Source: Rhodospirillaceae bacterium (GTDB lineage Bacteria; Pseudomonadota; Alphaproteobacteria; Reyranellales; JAQSWP01). From it: a stretch of DNA of 64,000 nt. The notes under the pieces were generated by a model. That model was not told the origin of the DNA. It saw only the letters and a program-made list of their open reading frames with translations, and searched no databases. The DNA is taken from assembly GCA_040255215.1 (NCBI GenBank), contig JBDZUM010000003.1, forward strand, positions 8,673 through 72,672, read 5' to 3'. Below are positions 62,901-64,000 of this stretch, one piece after another. The translations under genes and the position numbers were made by a program. Numbering within the stretch: the stretch's first letter is position 1; each line of letters opens with the position of its first letter.

Positions 62901-64000
62901 ATGGGCCACGATCATCATCACGCAGCGTCCAACATTCCGGTGGATGCCAAAACGACGAAGGACCCGGTCTGCGGGATGACGGTCGCAGTCAAGCCCGGCA
63001 CTCGCCACGCCGAGTTCCAGGGCGAGACCTTTCATTTCTGCTCAGAGAAGTGCCAGACGAAGTTCGAGGCAGACCCTTGGTTCTACGCCTCGGGCCGGGC
63101 CGCAGGGCGGAAGAAGGCTGCTCCGGCCAACGTCCAGTATACCTGCCCGATGCATCCTGAAATCGTCCGCGACTCGCCCGGTGCCTGCCCGATCTGCGGC
63201 ATGGCGCTGGAGCCGATGCTGCCATCAGACGAGCCCAGCGAGGAGCTCACCGACTTCACCCGCCGGATGTGGATCTCGGCGGCGGCCGCAGTGCCGCTCA
63301 TCATCCTGACTATGGGTGAACTCGTGGCTTTGCCGGTGCGCGACTGGATCGGGCACCAGACCGCGAGTTACCTCGAGTTCGTGCTGGCGACGCCGATCAT
63401 CCTTTGGGCGGCCTTGCCGTTCTTCAGGCGCGGGTTGGACTCGGTGGTGAACCGATCCCCCAATATGTGGACGCTGATCAGCCTCGGCGTGGCGGCGGCC
63501 TATCTCTATTCGCTGGTCGCCACCTTCCTGCCGGGCGTCTTTCCGGATGCTTACCGGATGGGTCATGGCGTCGGCACTTATTACGAGGCGGCGGTGGTGA
63601 TCGTGGCGCTGGTCTTCGTGGGCCAGGTTCTGGAGCTGCGGGCACGCGAACGGACCGGCGACGCGATTCGGGCGCTGCTCGACCTCGCGCCCAAGACCGC
63701 CCGGCGCATTCTGCCCGATGGATCGGAATATGACGCGCCGCTGGACAACATCATGGAGGGAGACCGGCTGCGGGTGCGCCCTGGGGATGCGGTCCCGGTG
63801 GACGGGACGGTGATCGAGGGCAGATCGTCCCTGGATGAAAGCATGCTGACCGGCGAGTCGATGCCGGTGGAAAAGGGTCCTGGCGATGCGGTGACCGGGG
63901 CCACGATCAACAAGAACGGCAGCCTCGTGATCCAGGCGGGCAAGGTCGGCGCCGATACGGTGCTGGCGCAGATTGTGGCGATGGTTTCGAACGCACGCCG
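62901..64000 (+). CDS. Copper-type P1B ATPase (5' part; continues beyond window)
   Basis: Own translation: [28 protein letters not shown] (TRASH/YHS), [20 protein letters not shown] helices, [12 protein letters not shown]. Not in the ORF track because it is open at the window end. Confidence 0.85.
   Translation, partial: MGHDHHHAASNIPVDAKTTKDPVCGMTVAVKPGTRHAEFQGETFHFCSEKCQTKFEADPWFYASGRAAGRKKAAPANVQYTCPMHPEIVRDSPGACPICGMALEPMLPSDEPSEELTDFTRRMWISAAAAVPLIILTMGELVALPVRDWIGHQTASYLEFVLATPIILWAALPFFRRGLDSVVNRSPNMWTLISLGVAAAYLYSLVATFLPGVFPDAYRMGHGVGTYYEAAVVIVALVFVGQVLELRARERTGDAIRALLDLAPKTARRILPDGSEYDAPLDNIMEGDRLRVRPGDAVPVDGTVIEGRSSLDESMLTGESMPVEKGPGDAVTGATINKNGSLVIQAGKVGADTVLAQIVAMVSNAR

Noticed and set aside
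48787-62902. Antisense ORFs over copper-island genes (48787-50184, 50233-51066, 57875-59629, 61400-62902, 56648-57415)
   Set aside because: These are shadow frames of genes with clear copper-site, haem or permease signatures. They have no motifs of their own and no plausible ribosome-binding sites.
1-64000. Search by eye for tRNA/rRNA genes, an integrase, att direct repeats, and IS elements or transposases
   Set aside because: None was recognised. The ICE ends evidently lie outside the window. A tRNA scan and repeat search by software would be needed to be sure.

Overview
High-GC (roughly 65%) alphaproteobacterial-type DNA. The whole 64 kb appears to lie inside one integrative conjugative element (ICE) of the ICEMlSymR7A / Tn4371-like family. 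No integrase, att site, tRNA, rRNA, CRISPR array or IS element was recognised in the window. The backbone modules are collinear on the + strand. (i) A QseM-like / QseC-like / FseA-like transfer switch at 1-3704, where the FseA-like gene needs a +1 frameshift. (ii) An ardC-parB-small conserved genes-strawberry notch-toprim-DUF2493 block at 3.8-18.2 kb. (iii) A DUF736-rdfS-like-traF-lytic transglycosylase-relaxase block at 23.3-28.3 kb. (iv) traG-RHH-trbBCDEJLFGI-DUF2274-DUF736 at 33.7-46.1 kb. Cargo is inserted between these modules: dmeRF-type Co/Ni efflux (4.8-6.6 kb); lspA plus a P1B ATPase, ArsR regulator and a decayed junction (18.3-23.3 kb); AbiE (46.2-48.0 kb); and a large copper-homeostasis island (48.2 to beyond 64 kb). 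The most unusual cargo sits at 28.5-33.5 kb. It is a translationally coupled minus-strand operon encoding a carrier-protein-like gene, an XRE regulator, an ImmA peptidase, a divergent thymidylate-synthase-fold protein, a protein of the phage 5-hmdU-kinase / thymine-pyrophosphorylase helical family, and a MazG-like pyrophosphohydrolase. A dedicated AcpS paralogue converges on its 3' end. I regard this as the best candidate for an undescribed system, either DNA/nucleotide hypermodification or nucleotide-based conflict. Two families of conserved structured intergenic elements recur through the 3.7-17.3 kb backbone block and are not explained by the gene calls. All family assignments come from reading the translations and motifs by eye; no database search was run. 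Start codons were chosen manually.
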